A stretch of DNA of 64,000 bases, from NCBI GenBank assembly GCA_024346625.1, contig AP024666.1, positions 1,178,001-1,242,000 on the forward strand, in the 5' to 3' direction. Position numbers and translations under genes: made by a program. Shown here piece by piece: positions 24,235-36,704 of this stretch (position 1 is its first letter; every line of letters begins with the position of its first letter). The notes beneath the pieces were generated by a model. It was not told the origin of the DNA. It made no database searches and saw nothing but the letters and a program-made list of their open reading frames with translations. This DNA comes from Williopsis jadinii. Lineage: Eukaryota.

Positions 24235-27200
24235 ATGGATCTCTTCACTATAATGTGTACGTGCCGCTGTGCTCCCCTGTTGACGATTGCGATATTAACA
24301 ACGATTCCTCATAGCCAATTTGGACTCATCGAAGGTCCGTGATCGTAATGAAGCGTTCGAGTCTCTGTCATCGTTCATAGATCTACGGGACAGACTGTCT
24401 AATAAGGAGGTACAGGCTATAGCAGAGTCATTGTTTGGCGTGGTGTTGAACGACAAAGCCAGCTACGACAAGAACAGCACAGATACGACTCGTGCCAGAT
24501 TAGAGCGTGGCGCGTCACTGTTGAGGAAATGCCTGACGAAGGATGCTAAGCAGTTGAGATACAGAGTAGTGAAGGCGTCAATTCAGTTCATAAGGAGTAA
24601 CTTATTTGGACTCAACAGGGAGCTTTGCTTACCAATAGCGCTAGATCTCGTGCGAGTACTCCATGAGCTCCTCCTGGTCGATGAGCATCGTGAACATCTC
24701 TCAAGAGAGGAGTGGATCCAAACTACGTGCTCTGTTATCACAGCTACCGAGAGTGTAAGGAATCTCACTGGGAGTGATAAGTTGCTCTCAGAGCTCTGGA
24801 ACTGTTTGAAGTGCCTTATTATGGTACCGGTGGTTATGTTTGACGACATCAGTTTGGATCTCGTTGGACTCTTAAAGGGTTACTTTTCACAGCTCAAGAA
24901 GGAAACAAGTCCCACTTCAATTGCACTTGAGGTTCTAAATCAGACGCTGATTCTACTGAGCGTTTCCAATGTCAACAGAGGATTCGACTTGGTTAAGGCT
25001 GTATTGCAAGTAGCCTGGAGGTTAAACTCTACGAACTTTGAGGCCCTTCATTGTCAGCTCCTCATATTTGGAATGCTTGCGTCCCGTTACATCACCAGCG
25101 ACATGGTGCTTCTTATAGATGATAAGAATAACCCAGTACCTGTTATGGATGAAGAGTCCCGTGAAAACTTGATACTATGGCTCGATGCACTTGTACTGGA
25201 CGCCATATCGAGCCCCGATGCATTGACCATTGACGATTTCGATATCTCCTCCATACGATCTACTGTTGATAAGAAGTCATGGTTCAGCTTATCTGGAATA
25301 TGTCTACAGGATAGTGCTGATCCAAAGCCATGGATGAAATCTCTTGTGTTGATTCATCTCCTCTCTGCATTTTATAGCATCGATACACCTCAAAGAAATG
25401 ACGTGGAACCACAATGGAAAAAGCAAAGATCTGCATTTGACTCCTATGCTCCTCTTTTAAAGTACTGTGACTCTACAGTTGGCTTCTTGCAAAGCTTGTT
25501 GAACCATGGATCTATCTCGCTGCAAAAGATTGGCCTTCAGTTGTTGGCTTTCCAGCTCAGTTCCTTCCAGGTTGATCAGTCTCTAATACCTCTTAAAAGT
25601 GTGATGTTTTATGAGACTCCATACTTGGCATCATGGACTTCTTTAGTAATTGGTCTAATGGTTAAATGTGGTTGGGAAGTTGAAACTGCAGATATGCACC
25701 ATTTGCTTCGTATTAATCTCCAACTGCTTAAAGAGGACACAACGGTGTCTACTGCATGTTTTGCAATCACAGAGATATTAAAGCGTCCAGGTACAGTGAT
25801 CACAGAGAAGCTCACGAACCAGCTGGTTGAAGTCACGTTTGACGTTTCTGAAGTCTATGGTCCTTCAAAGATCAGCAATGACGCTATTCTCTTTTGGATG
25901 ACTATTGCACACCATGCAAGGTTTCTCAATTCTGATAGCAAAGTCATAGGAGATTTAATCTTGAAGTGGCTTGATGCTAAATGGTCAACAATATTCTCAA
26001 AAAGTGATATTCATCTCCTAGGAAGCTTCATCACTTGGCTATGTGGGCGGAAAGTCACTATTACTACTCGTTGGCCTTATTTTGACAATGTCTTTGGTCA
26101 TTTCCAAAGCCGAACACAGCAGTTTAGTAAACTCGCTGACCAGATCATGGGATCCAAAGTTTCTTCTCAATCAGTTTCCCATGATTTCCAGTGGATCTCT
26201 CCCCCGCCATTGGTCACGATAACCAGGTGTGACGAGGTCCTACAACGACTTTTGCAGGCTGTAAGCGAATGTGATGAAATGGACAAGAAGCTACATTTTC
26301 CCCAACTTCTATCCCACGCAATCTTTGTCTACCAACATGTATTTGACATTCCACAATTCAGTGCCACAGCCGAACAACTCAAGTATGAGTTATCGAGACA
26401 ATTGGATGGGCTTTCACTGCATACCGATCTTCCTATCATTAATGCACTACGTTACCTGGAACTTTCTGAGAGTCCAGCTACCACATTTGTCGCTGAGCAT
26501 ATCAACGTTAACGAATTACTGACCAATGACAAGGACTACTCGTTATCATTAACACCGGAGGATATACATGACGAATTCTCTGACTTTGCAGTAATACGTC
26601 GTGAGCAAAAGCTTCCACGTATTGCCAATTTTGTTTATACCGACTTTTGGGTATGCCATTATTTAGAACAGTCAATGGTTGAACTCATTTTTAAGATTAA
26701 CTCAACATTGGATGACTCAATAATGGGACAGCTGATTAAGTACATAGACACGTTATCGGGGTTCCAGTTTATCTCAGCACTTTTCACAACTGTTTCGATG
26801 CTTCATGAGGGGGATATTAAGTATATCAAAAACATTCACATTATCAGAATTTTGAGACAATGTGGAGCAAAGTTACTTGGGCTCTATGAGTTTGAACGTT
26901 CACATATAGCATACGTTCTGCTGCTTGATATATGCTCCTTATTCTCAGAAAAGATTTTTACAAGTGAAGATCGTGATTTGATGCTAGACTTCTCTGACAT
27001 CTTAAACTGGTTTGTTAGTATTGGCAAAAAAGGCTCATTGTATGGTGAGTTGGAACTTTCTCGTCTTGGAAGTTTCGTGTATAACATCCTGTGCTTTGGA
27101 AACTGCGCAGACGTTATCGATCCCTCCAATCTTCGAGAATTTGGCTTGATGGTTTTGAACCAGCGCTCCAGAATGACGTACTTAGAGTCGTGTACAGAGT

Positions 27201-30200
27201 ACTGTCGCTTTGTAAAGACGCTGCCCTCGAGCAATCGATCAGCACAAGTTCAACAGTTTCTCCAATGCATACACGCTCCAGAAAGTGCCAGTGAGACTGC
27301 TGCAATCTTTACACAATGTTCTATCATACTTGGTAAGGTGGGCTATGGTCCCCTCGTACGCGTTGTCAATATACTCAATTCATATCACAGCTCGTTCCAT
27401 TTCACGAAGTACCTGAGGAGGAGTGTACAGCAGCTATTGGGAAACTCCTGTTCTCTACCAACAAATCTCGAAATTGATCTGTTGTGTCTTTGGTATGATG
27501 AAAGAAGAACCCTAGTTGACTTTCCTTACTCGCTCTATGGGTATACTAGCTTTGAACAGTTTGTATTGGCAAAAAAGTGTGTGCTTTATTCAATTGTCAA
27601 AACCAGGAAACACCAATGTGAAAGAACGATTTCTATGATTATTGAGATTAGTAAATTCGAAGATGAGGACGATTTGATGCTGCACTCGATTCCATGGATC
27701 AGCTGCCTTGCTTTTGCTAAGAACGGCACGGGATCTCAAATCATTGACGAGTTAAAGCACAAGTTTGAAGATCTGGTTGAGTTTCAAAATCTTATAATCC
27801 TGGATTTGCTCTTTTATATGTGTGATTGTTCTTCGGAGGGCTCTATACTAAAAGCAATTAACCATACCTTTCAGGGAAAAATGGATGATGCTGCACGAGT
27901 ATTTCTTCAAGAGTCATCACCAGTACTGGACTCGATGATATATGGTGTTCCATTATCGAGTGCCCTAACTCTGATTTCCCGAGTACCCAGAGACTTCTGG
28001 GAACCTAAGAATGTGTACTTTTTGCTCAAGAACTTGACTTCGCAGCTCCAGAAGTGTATTCCTTGTGACCCTGAGCGAGTTTTGATTGCAAGAAAGGTTG
28101 TCCTACTGGGACTTTTCACTGAATTGAAAGCATGGACTAAGACTCCGTTACAATCCTATTTATCTGTGTTAATTCAGTTCCTTTCTGAAGAATGCATCCA
28201 TGACTATTTTGCAAAACTGATAGTGGAATCACTGGTATTATTTAGATTCGAATGGACTCACGACCCTGGCTTTGCCAACATCATTCTCTCATTATTTGAG
28301 AATTCTGCCTACTTCTACGATACGCATGGTCATATTAATCAGGCACTGAAGAACTTTTTACTCAAATTCTTTGTCGAATATTCCGCTAATAATGGAGCAT
28401 GGAAGGAGATTCTCATTGTTTATGTTGACATACTCAAAGATAACGAAATGACGTTGACTCAACAAGACTTTCACAGTTTATTAGGGAAGCTTGCGGATGC
28501 CCCTATGATGTTTACAGATAAATGCCTTTCTAGAGCAATGAATCTCATATTCTCGAAAGCATCACACCTGAATTATGTGGATGACATTACTTGCAAAAGA
28601 GAAATAGCGGAGCTCCTATTGAAGTCTGATGAAACCCACCACAGTCCATGTTTCTCTGCGTTCATTGGACGCTACCTGGGGTCTTTCTATCTAAATACTG
28701 GTGACTCGTTGGTTGGAGTTAAGCAGGATTTCCAGAAGGGAATTGAGTATGATGCTGAAGCAACATGCTCATCTTTACTTGCTATAACTGAAGCTTGCGA
28801 ACGTATTATTGCAAAAACAAACAATATGGAGGAAAAAATCCTATTGGAATGCTTTTTCTCCTTTATTATCCACCAGGGTCACCAGAGTCTTCAGTCCATT
28901 GAAGGTCTTGTTACATCATCATTCTTTCAACACTACTCAAAATTTATAGTACCACTCACTACGTTCCTATTTGAATTTTCACACATGTCTGATTATGAGA
29001 GGATTGACATTAAAGATCTTTTGTCAAACCCTGGGACGTTGCCATATACTCAGTGGGTTCAAGCATATTCTCTTGCATTGATTGATTCATTACTTGATCA
29101 ATATCCATTCCTGTTACCACTTCGAAAATATTTAAAGGATTATCCTTCATCTTGTGAGAACTTTTTGGTCTATTTATGGCTATTCTACGTATATCGAACT
29201 GACACCTCTGGTTCTTCTCTATTGTTTAAATTCATTGATCAGACCATTTCTGGTATTGATTCTTTTGAAGACAATTTAGAGAGATGTAAGCTCGTGATTG
29301 ATCTTGTTTACATGGTGGTTGTGACGTCGAATTCCAACAAAGCATTCGGTACTTTGTTCAAGAGACTTGTGACATCTGCAGATATTATCAAGCTGTGTGC
29401 GTGTGCTCTCCATGTTGGATGTCCAAAGTTCGCCCTGTTGATTCTTGAAAAGTTAACAATGTCGGCTGATTCTAAAGAGACATATCTACGATTGAGCGAA
29501 CTATCATCAATGGCCACCGCCATATACCAGTCATTACCGGATCCGGACTTATTCTTTGGAATACCAACTGATACATCTTTACAGTCCGCCATGAAGCTTT
29601 TCAGCTATAACAGTGGCTCGACTAAAGATCTCATGTTCAAAAACGCACAGTTTGATGCGTTAAAAAACCAAGAGCGATCAGATCTCATTATCAAGAATCT
29701 TGTGTCGAGTTTGTCTGAGAATGGTCTGACTGGTCTTGCAGACTCATTGGACTCTAGCCTTAATTCGACCAACAATGCAGCCAAGGGATACGATTGGTCA
29801 TGGAAGCTGAACCAATGGGAGTTGCCATTTCCAGAGGTTATCAACACTTCTAATGAAGCCATTTATGGCATTTTGAAGTCGATGAGGGAAGATTCTGACG
29901 GATCCAAGACTGAAGCGTTATGCCAAGATGCTATATTATGGATCCTGAGAAGCAAACGCAATGATGGCTCAAATCTGCTCAAAACATTAGGAGTTCTAAC
30001 TGCCATAGAGTCGATAAACCTGATATCGATTTCTGGTTTGAAAGAAAACATCAACAACTCCATCGCTGGACCGGAGTCATGGTTCAAAGTTGTATCATTT
30101 GATAACTTTGAGGATATTTTGCTGGCAAGAAAGTTCGCATTCCAAAACATATCCTCTAGAATTGGTGAGCAAAACTCCATACTAGGTGTTGCTTTTGAGA

Positions 30201-32503
30201 ACATGAGATATGGAAGATATGCTCGCCTTCATAATGAACATCAAAAAGCTGTGAACTCTACGGTGTTCCTGTCCAACATCGCCAACAAAGTGAAGGACAA
30301 GAAAATAGCCAACATCGTTTCAAGGCTATCTTTAATTGATACAGCGTCGACGCTTTGGTCACAGGGAGAAACTGCAATCCCAATCAGACAGCTGCAAGAG
30401 TGTGTTAGGATTAATGTTGAGCATTTTGCAAGTGATTTCCCATTGAATACTATCCACCTTTCTGACTCATACGTGGAGTCATTTCTTGTTGAATGGAATT
30501 ATCAGGCTCGACAGGAACGTTATGAAACGATCATGAACACTTATGTCACGCCAGTTCTGAAGTTTATACATACAGTAACGAATCCTAAGCACAAGGCTGA
30601 AATCTTGAATAGAGTTGCCAATTTCTGTTTCAAGGAAATCCAAGAAACTCCTGATGAAGAGCTGATAAGAATTCGTGATCTTCTTCAGACGAAGAAGCTT
30701 GAGATGGATGAATTGAAGAAATTCTACAAAAGCAGTTCTGATCAAAGTATTCGAAACAATGCTGGGAAAGCCTATCGTCGACTAGTGTTGGAGTATAATT
30801 CTGATAAGGAAGTATACGATCAACTAGCCAAAAAGCGGTTGTTGTGTCTTGAAATTTCTCTTCGCAGTTACCTTGATGTCCTAACATTGAGTGATGATTA
30901 TGACCATGAGGATCTTGACAAATTCTGTGCGTTGTGGTTCCAGATGTCGTCGTCTGACATTCTTAACGAACTTGTTGAGCAGTCGATTTATGACGTTCCT
31001 CTATACAAGATCATCCCCTGGATCAACCAACTAGTGTCTCGTTTATTGAGCGAGAAGACATCTTTTCAAAGAGTGCTACATCGGCTGGTTGTGCTGATCT
31101 GCACAGCTCATCCGTGGCACTCATTGACCTATCTGAAGAGTTTAAAGATCCATATGAAATATGACCATCTCAGAACTGATCTAATTCTCAGTTCAAAAGT
31201 GAAAGCTGCGAGCCATCTTTTGAACACTTTGGCATCCAATACGGAGTTCAATGACAGAATATTGGAACCATTGGAACAATTTTGTGATGAATCTGTGATT
31301 CTTGCCACTGCAAAGTACAAGGCAGCTAAAACAGTATACCTCTCCAATATAAAGCATGGTGAATTTTGGCTCAAGATGTTACCATCCTTCAATATCCCTT
31401 TACCCACAATGAATGATATTCCAGTCTCCAAGTCATTGGATTACTCATCTCTGCCATCCATTCAGTATGTTGATCCTCACGTTACCATCTCAGCTTCAGG
31501 TGTCAGTTTACCAAAGATCATGAAAATTAGGCTCACTGACGGTTCGACTCATAAGATGTTGTTAAAGGGCAGTTCAGACGATTTGAGACAAGATGCCATT
31601 ATGCAACAGGTTTTCAGCAAAGTTAACACTATATTTGAGAATGAGAAGGAGACACGAAAGAGATTTTTGAGGATAAGAACCTACAAGATTGTTCCTCTTG
31701 GTCCTCAAGCTGGTGTTCTTGAATTTGTTGCAAATTCCATCCCATTGGCAGATATCTTGAAGAAATATCACGAGAAGGACAGCCTAGGCTTCAACGATGC
31801 TCGCTCGATGATGAGAGACGTACAAGATCAAAGCATTAGGAAGAGGGTTTCGGTTTACTTGGAGATTTGCAAGAAGATACCTCCTGTCTTTAGGCAATTC
31901 TTCATTGATACTTTCCTCGACATTGATGATTGGTTCAGGTCTCGTGAGGTGTATACGCGAGGGGTTGTGTCAACTTCGATGGTTGGCCATATAATGGGCA
32001 TTGGGGACCGTCATTTGAACAATATTCTAATTGATAAGAAAACTGGCGAACCGATTCATATCGATTTTGGTGTCGCATTTGATCAGGGTAAACTACTGCC
32101 TGTTCCTGAACGTGTCCCCTTCAGACTCACAAGAGATATCGTCGATGGTTTAGGATGTACTGGTGTTGAAGGAAGTTTCCGTAAGAAGTCTGAACACGTC
32201 TTTCGTGTTCTGAGAAGTAACCACGACAAGTTGATCGGCATTTTGAACGTTTTACGGTACGATCCTTTGTACTCATGGGTGATATCTCCTATTAGGAAGC
32301 AAAGGGTCCAAACCTGTAATAGTTTTGAGGAAATTAGCGGAAACGATGATTCTGATGTTGCAGTTAGAACCCTGAGAACAGTTCAGGATAAGTTAAACGC
32401 TGGTGGGTTGAGTGTTGAAGCATCTGTTCAGGAGTTGATCGCACAAGCGACTGATATTGAGAATCTCGCAGTTATCTATATGGGATGGACCCCATTCTAT
32501 TGA
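24235..32503 (+). CDS. TEL1: ATM-family PIKK kinase Tel1, about 2736 aa, exons 24235-24256, 24315-32503
   Basis: TAN motif (L.SSKVRDRN.A), kinase DDLRQD, GIGDRHLNN, FATC ..YMGWTPFY. A 58-nt intron (GTACGT..TATTAAC..TAG) supplies the ATG. Confidence 0.95.
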
Positions 32504-32668
32504 GAGTTGTATTACTCAAAAACTAAAGATTGTAACTTGTCATAGAATTTGAACTTGTATGGAATAAAACGTCAAAGGAAAGTGTTGAAGATGGGGGAAA
32601 AGGAAGGTGGTTATTACAATAAGGCATCACTGGCACAGAAAAAGAAAGCACAGACATTCCAAGCAAAG

Positions 32669-33559
32669 CTATTCGATAAGTTCAACGTAATTGCTTGGAC
32701 AGATACCAATTTCACCGTTTGCTCTCTTTGCCTGCCACCATCTGCTATGGATATCGTTGACTTTGAGTATTTCGTCCTTTTCAAAAGAGATTTCATTTTC
32801 ATCGTCTGGACTCTTTTGGTAGTTGTACAAAGCCCTAGCAGTGTATGGGAATTCATCAATTGTGATGTTCGTACCTCCTGCAGTGATGTTCGTACCCAAC
32901 CCGTCGTGATCTGGCGAGTTAAAGGGCGTGGTTTCAAGGGTATCACCTTGACTCACGTTTTCCAGTCCGTTCAGCGCTGTAGAAGACATGTATCTCTGAT
33001 TGTTCCAGCTCGAGTGTTTGAACTCGTCATTCTCAGAGCCCGAGTACTTATCATGAGAGATTGGTCGGGAATTGTGGAATGGGCTTACAGAGGACCGTTT
33101 TGGTCCTCTCAGCGAGAAGGAATCGATCCATTGGTTGATTGGCGATGCGTTATCAGACCCATAGTAGAACACCCAGATCAGGTTAACCATCGACAGTAAA
33201 ATCACACCTGCAGAGGCTGCGCCTGTAGCTGAGCCACCAGACCATACTAAGTTCGTTGCGGAGTTCGTCGTGTAGATGAACGCTATTGAATACCCACAGG
33301 TGAGGAACAGCCTGTACCATTCCACAACATCGAAGCAGTACACAGCGGGCAGGAACACCAGCATCAACAGCTGGAATACCAGCCCCCACCAGGTGAACCT
33401 TGGAAACGACCCCTCAATGTTGGCCACTATGGAGCCGATGAATGCGATCACCCACGAGATCATCGCAACAGACCACGTCGCAACCACGAACGGATCAGTG
33501 GTCAAGTTGGTGATGTCGAAACGCGACTTAGCGCTTGTTGAGTATTCCGGGGTGCTCAT
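32669..33559 (-). CDS. SHO1: HOG-pathway osmosensor (4 TM + SH3), 296 aa
   Basis: DPF..ATWS, FPRFTWWG, C-terminal SH3 ALYNY..EISFEK..WWQA..GICPSNYV. Confidence 0.97.
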   Translation of the reverse strand: MSTPEYSTSAKSRFDITNLTTDPFVVATWSVAMISWVIAFIGSIVANIEGSFPRFTWWGLVFQLLMLVFLPAVYCFDVVEWYRLFLTCGYSIAFIYTTNSATNLVWSGGSATGAASAGVILLSMVNLIWVFYYGSDNASPINQWIDSFSLRGPKRSSVSPFHNSRPISHDKYSGSENDEFKHSSWNNQRYMSSTALNGLENVSQGDTLETTPFNSPDHDGLGTNITAGGTNITIDEFPYTARALYNYQKSPDDENEISFEKDEILKVNDIHSRWWQAKRANGEIGICPSNYVELIE

Positions 33560-33659
33560 CGTGTCCAATCCTCGTGTATATACTGCTCAGGAGAGAAGGA
33601 ATGGACGTTTGGACGTGTAAAATGGGATAGTATAGCTTGTGTATTATGGGCCGGATTGA

Positions 33660-33677
33660 ACGCGTACGCGCACGCGT
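33660..33677. promoter_or_regulatory. MCB cluster upstream of SHO1
   Basis: ACGCGT-ACGCG-C-ACGCGT about 100 bp upstream of the ATG. Confidence 0.6.
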
Positions 33678-34113
33678 TTTAGGTCGAAATGGTATGAAAC
33701 CGAGGCAAACAGACACACACACCGGCACAGAAATGGAAAATACACCGTCTTTCTCGATGATAAACCAGAGCAGACAGAGTGGAAGAGCGTGTGCAGCAAA
33801 AGAAACTGAGTAAATGAGCGGTGACAGTTGGAGTTTTATGGAGTCAGCTCTTTTCCTGTTAGATGTGGTGTTTCAACAGTAGAAAACAGCGCCTTTCCCC
33901 CTTTTGCGAAAAATGTGTAAAAAACAGAGAGCGAAAAATTATTACGTAATAGCGTTGCGAAAAGTTCTAACGAAAAGGCGGTGAGTTTCTTTTTTGTGAG
34001 GATTTATACAGTTCTGGGTTGAGTTCCTAATGCGGAAGTGCTAACGGATATGTTCATCTATTAATGGAAAACAGTGTACTTAAACAACCCATACGGTGTG
34101 TGTGTGTGGGCTT

Positions 34114-34762
34114 TCAATCTTCACCAGCAGGCATCTCATCCTTTAAGAACCGTATGAGCTGTAGTCTAAGCTCCGTGCGATCGTCGCCTCTGAGAACATC
34201 GCTTACAAAGTTCACGTCAACCTCGAGTTGCACCATCTCTAGTGCACCTTTCAACACGCCGGTAAGGACGTTTGAGTACCACAGCTCCTTCTTGGCCCTC
34301 TCGTCGTCCGGCAGCTCGACAAACTCTGCCAGCGGGTTCTCGTCCAGTATCAGGCTGAACGTCTTGCCATCACTGGTCCAGTTGGTGACTTGTGGGGTGA
34401 CGTTCAGAAACACTTTGAACCCGACTTTGGAAACGACTTCTGCCGTGTCTTTGAACGACTGGCAACGTCCGGTGCCAGTCTTTGCTAGGAAATCCTCAAT
34501 CAACCTTATACCAATGTTATACCCCATCTTCTCCAGTTGCTGGTTCACCTTTTGGTAATCGTTCTTGAAATCACGGACGAGTTGTGCTACAACGGATCCA
34601 TAGGTGAGGGTAAACAGCTCAGCGTTCTGTGAACAAGTGTTAGTAGATCTCCCATACTGGAACGCCAACAGACGCCACTGGCTCTGTAAGAGAGGCACGT
34701 ACGACTTTATCCACCCTGTTCTTCCATATATCGTCACTAGAAGCTTTGATTCCCTTGTTCAT
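34114..34762 (-). CDS. BET3: TRAPP core subunit Bet3, 190 aa, exons 34762-34703, 34626-34114
   Basis: MNKGIKASSDDIWKNRVDKV|NAELFTLTYG..MGYNIGIRLIEDFLA. Intron GTACGT..TACTAAC..CAG. Confidence 0.97.
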
Positions 34763-34945
34763 TCCTCCCAACCGGTTTCCTTCCCGTGCTCAATGGAAGT
34801 AAACAGTGTGGTTTTGGGGGGATTATCGCTTCTCAGAATTTCAACACAACAACGAGCGCGCACGCATCTCACACACGTTACAATACAACCCGTTGTATCT
34901 TTGATGGATGTATACAAGTGCTATATATATGGCTTATATATGATT

Positions 34946-36247
34946 CTAATCATCGTTGCTCAACAGATTATCGAGGATTTCCTGGTACTTTCCGTTCGTG
35001 GCGTTGTTTGCCCTTCTGAGTCTCTTCTCTGCTAAGGCATACGTAGCGATCTGGTCTTTTGACTCATAATCGTACACGTTTCCGAGGTCGATTAAGGCCT
35101 CAGCAACGTCAACCCAGGTCTTTGGATCCTCCTCTTCTTCCGCATTCTCAAAAAACTTCACTGCCTGTTTTATATAGCTCTGTGCTTCCTCTTGTGCTTT
35201 AGCTGCGGTGTATCCCTCAATCTCAGGCTCACCATCATCGTACGTGATGGCCGTGAAGATTTGGGATGGCTTCTCCGCTGCTTGTAATAACAGCTGACCA
35301 CACCAGGCCGAGACCTGTTTGAGGAATTCCAGTTGGCGGGTTTCCTTAGTGCTTAGCTCGTCAGTCTTCTTTAACAAATGCTTCAAATCATCGTTAACAA
35401 GAGTTCCAAATTCAGATCCATGCTTTACAAGCCATTGGAAGTACTTATCAGATGATCTGTGATAAACCTCATACAGCGGATGCTTCTTGGAGAGCTTAAT
35501 CTCTTTGACTTCTTGTTCTTCCTCATCATCACTGTCCAGACCTTCAGCTAAGGAGTCCTCTTGGCCAAAATTGTTCACAATCTCCAACAAGTCGTCAAAC
35601 GCTTTCAGAGTTTCAAAAACATTGTTGTCCAAAAGCGAGTAGTTCTTCAGCAGTTTAACGGATTCCTCACTCTTCTCATAGCTTTCAAGAGCCTCTGTGA
35701 TCAATGCCTTCAAGTCAACACTGTCTGAGGATTTCTTCGAGTCAACATTCCATTTCGAGATGAACTCCATGGGGATTCTTGCAAAGATGACATTTGCCAG
35801 GGCAAATCCTAACTCTATAGAATCAGGGTAAACGTCTTGTCCCAGAGATACCCTCTCTAATGCCGCATCGAAGTACTGTTTGATATTGGAGTCAGCACTG
35901 TCTTCTGTGTGGAAATTGGCCAAGTCTGACAGAGCAAGGGCATAAGTTGAATGGAACTCTGCTGGTAACTTGGTCTCCTCTGATTGGTTTCTCAACAACC
36001 GGTCACACTCATGGATGATTCCGTTTAGCACCATTTCGTTATCTCTACCTCCCTTAACATATGTCAACCATAACCCTTTTAGCTGGTTCAATTCATCATC
36101 TGGATCCACTTCTTCGTCAAGCTCGACATGGATCTCATTTCCCTTAGACTGAATGTCAGGACTCGCTGACTTCTCAGGGGTTTCAGAAGAGATCTTCTGT
36201 TTTTTCTGCTTGGCAGCTTTACCTAGTCCTAATGTTCTCTTGGCCAT
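34946..36247 (-). CDS. ETT1: Ett1/Nro1 (translation termination enhancer)
   Basis: MAKR.LGLGK N-terminus, HECDRLLRN, W.DVAEALIDLGN, ANNATNGKY. Confidence 0.92.
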   Translation of the reverse strand: MAKRTLGLGKAAKQKKQKISSETPEKSASPDIQSKGNEIHVELDEEVDPDDELNQLKGLWLTYVKGGRDNEMVLNGIIHECDRLLRNQSEETKLPAEFHSTYALALSDLANFHTEDSADSNIKQYFDAALERVSLGQDVYPDSIELGFALANVIFARIPMEFISKWNVDSKKSSDSVDLKALITEALESYEKSEESVKLLKNYSLLDNNVFETLKAFDDLLEIVNNFGQEDSLAEGLDSDDEEEQEVKEIKLSKKHPLYEVYHRSSDKYFQWLVKHGSEFGTLVNDDLKHLLKKTDELSTKETRQLEFLKQVSAWCGQLLLQAAEKPSQIFTAITYDDGEPEIEGYTAAKAQEEAQSYIKQAVKFFENAEEEEDPKTWVDVAEALIDLGNVYDYESKDQIATYALAEKRLRRANNATNGKYQEILDNLLSNDD

Positions 36248-36306
36248 TCCTTACGTTGTTATTGAACTCTCCCTATTGCGAGTTGTGAAAGAGGTGGAAA
36301 CATCAC

Positions 36307-36314
36307 CTCATCGC
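36307..36314. promoter_or_regulatory. PAC element upstream of ETT1
   Basis: CTCATCGC (= GCGATGAG) 60 bp upstream of the ATG. Confidence 0.65.
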
Positions 36315-36396
36315 ATCAAATCTCGTACAACGCTCTCACGCGAATTTGAGCATCTGCTGTGGTCCCTACCATACTAGTCGTGGGATGTTTGTTCTC

Positions 36397-36490
36397 TTAC
36401 GTAATCTGTCACGTGAATAGTATTAGCGTGTGCAAACCATACGCCACACTTTTGCTTTCTGTTTTGTCCTTCTCATCAGCCACAAAGGCC
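36397..36490. promoter_or_regulatory. Sulfur-regulon elements upstream of MET1 (Cbf1 and Met31/32-like sites)
   Basis: GTCACGTGA 36408-36416. CGCCACACTTT 36442-36452 is one mismatch to AAACTGTGGCG. TTACGTAA at 36397. Confidence 0.6.
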
Positions 36491-36704
36491 GAACTTTATT
36501 GCGTCATATTAGCCACTATTAGCCACTTTTCGCTGTGCGGTGGAGAATAAAAGTCTCCGCTGATTTGTTACTCATCGAGATAGGATAAAATTTTACCGTT
36601 TTCTTCTTTTTATCGAGACTTAACGGTTATCTATTCGTTGATATCGGTGCATCCTATCAGTGATACTGTTCTAGATATAAAGCCCCCTCATTCTGGAAAA
36701 CAAC

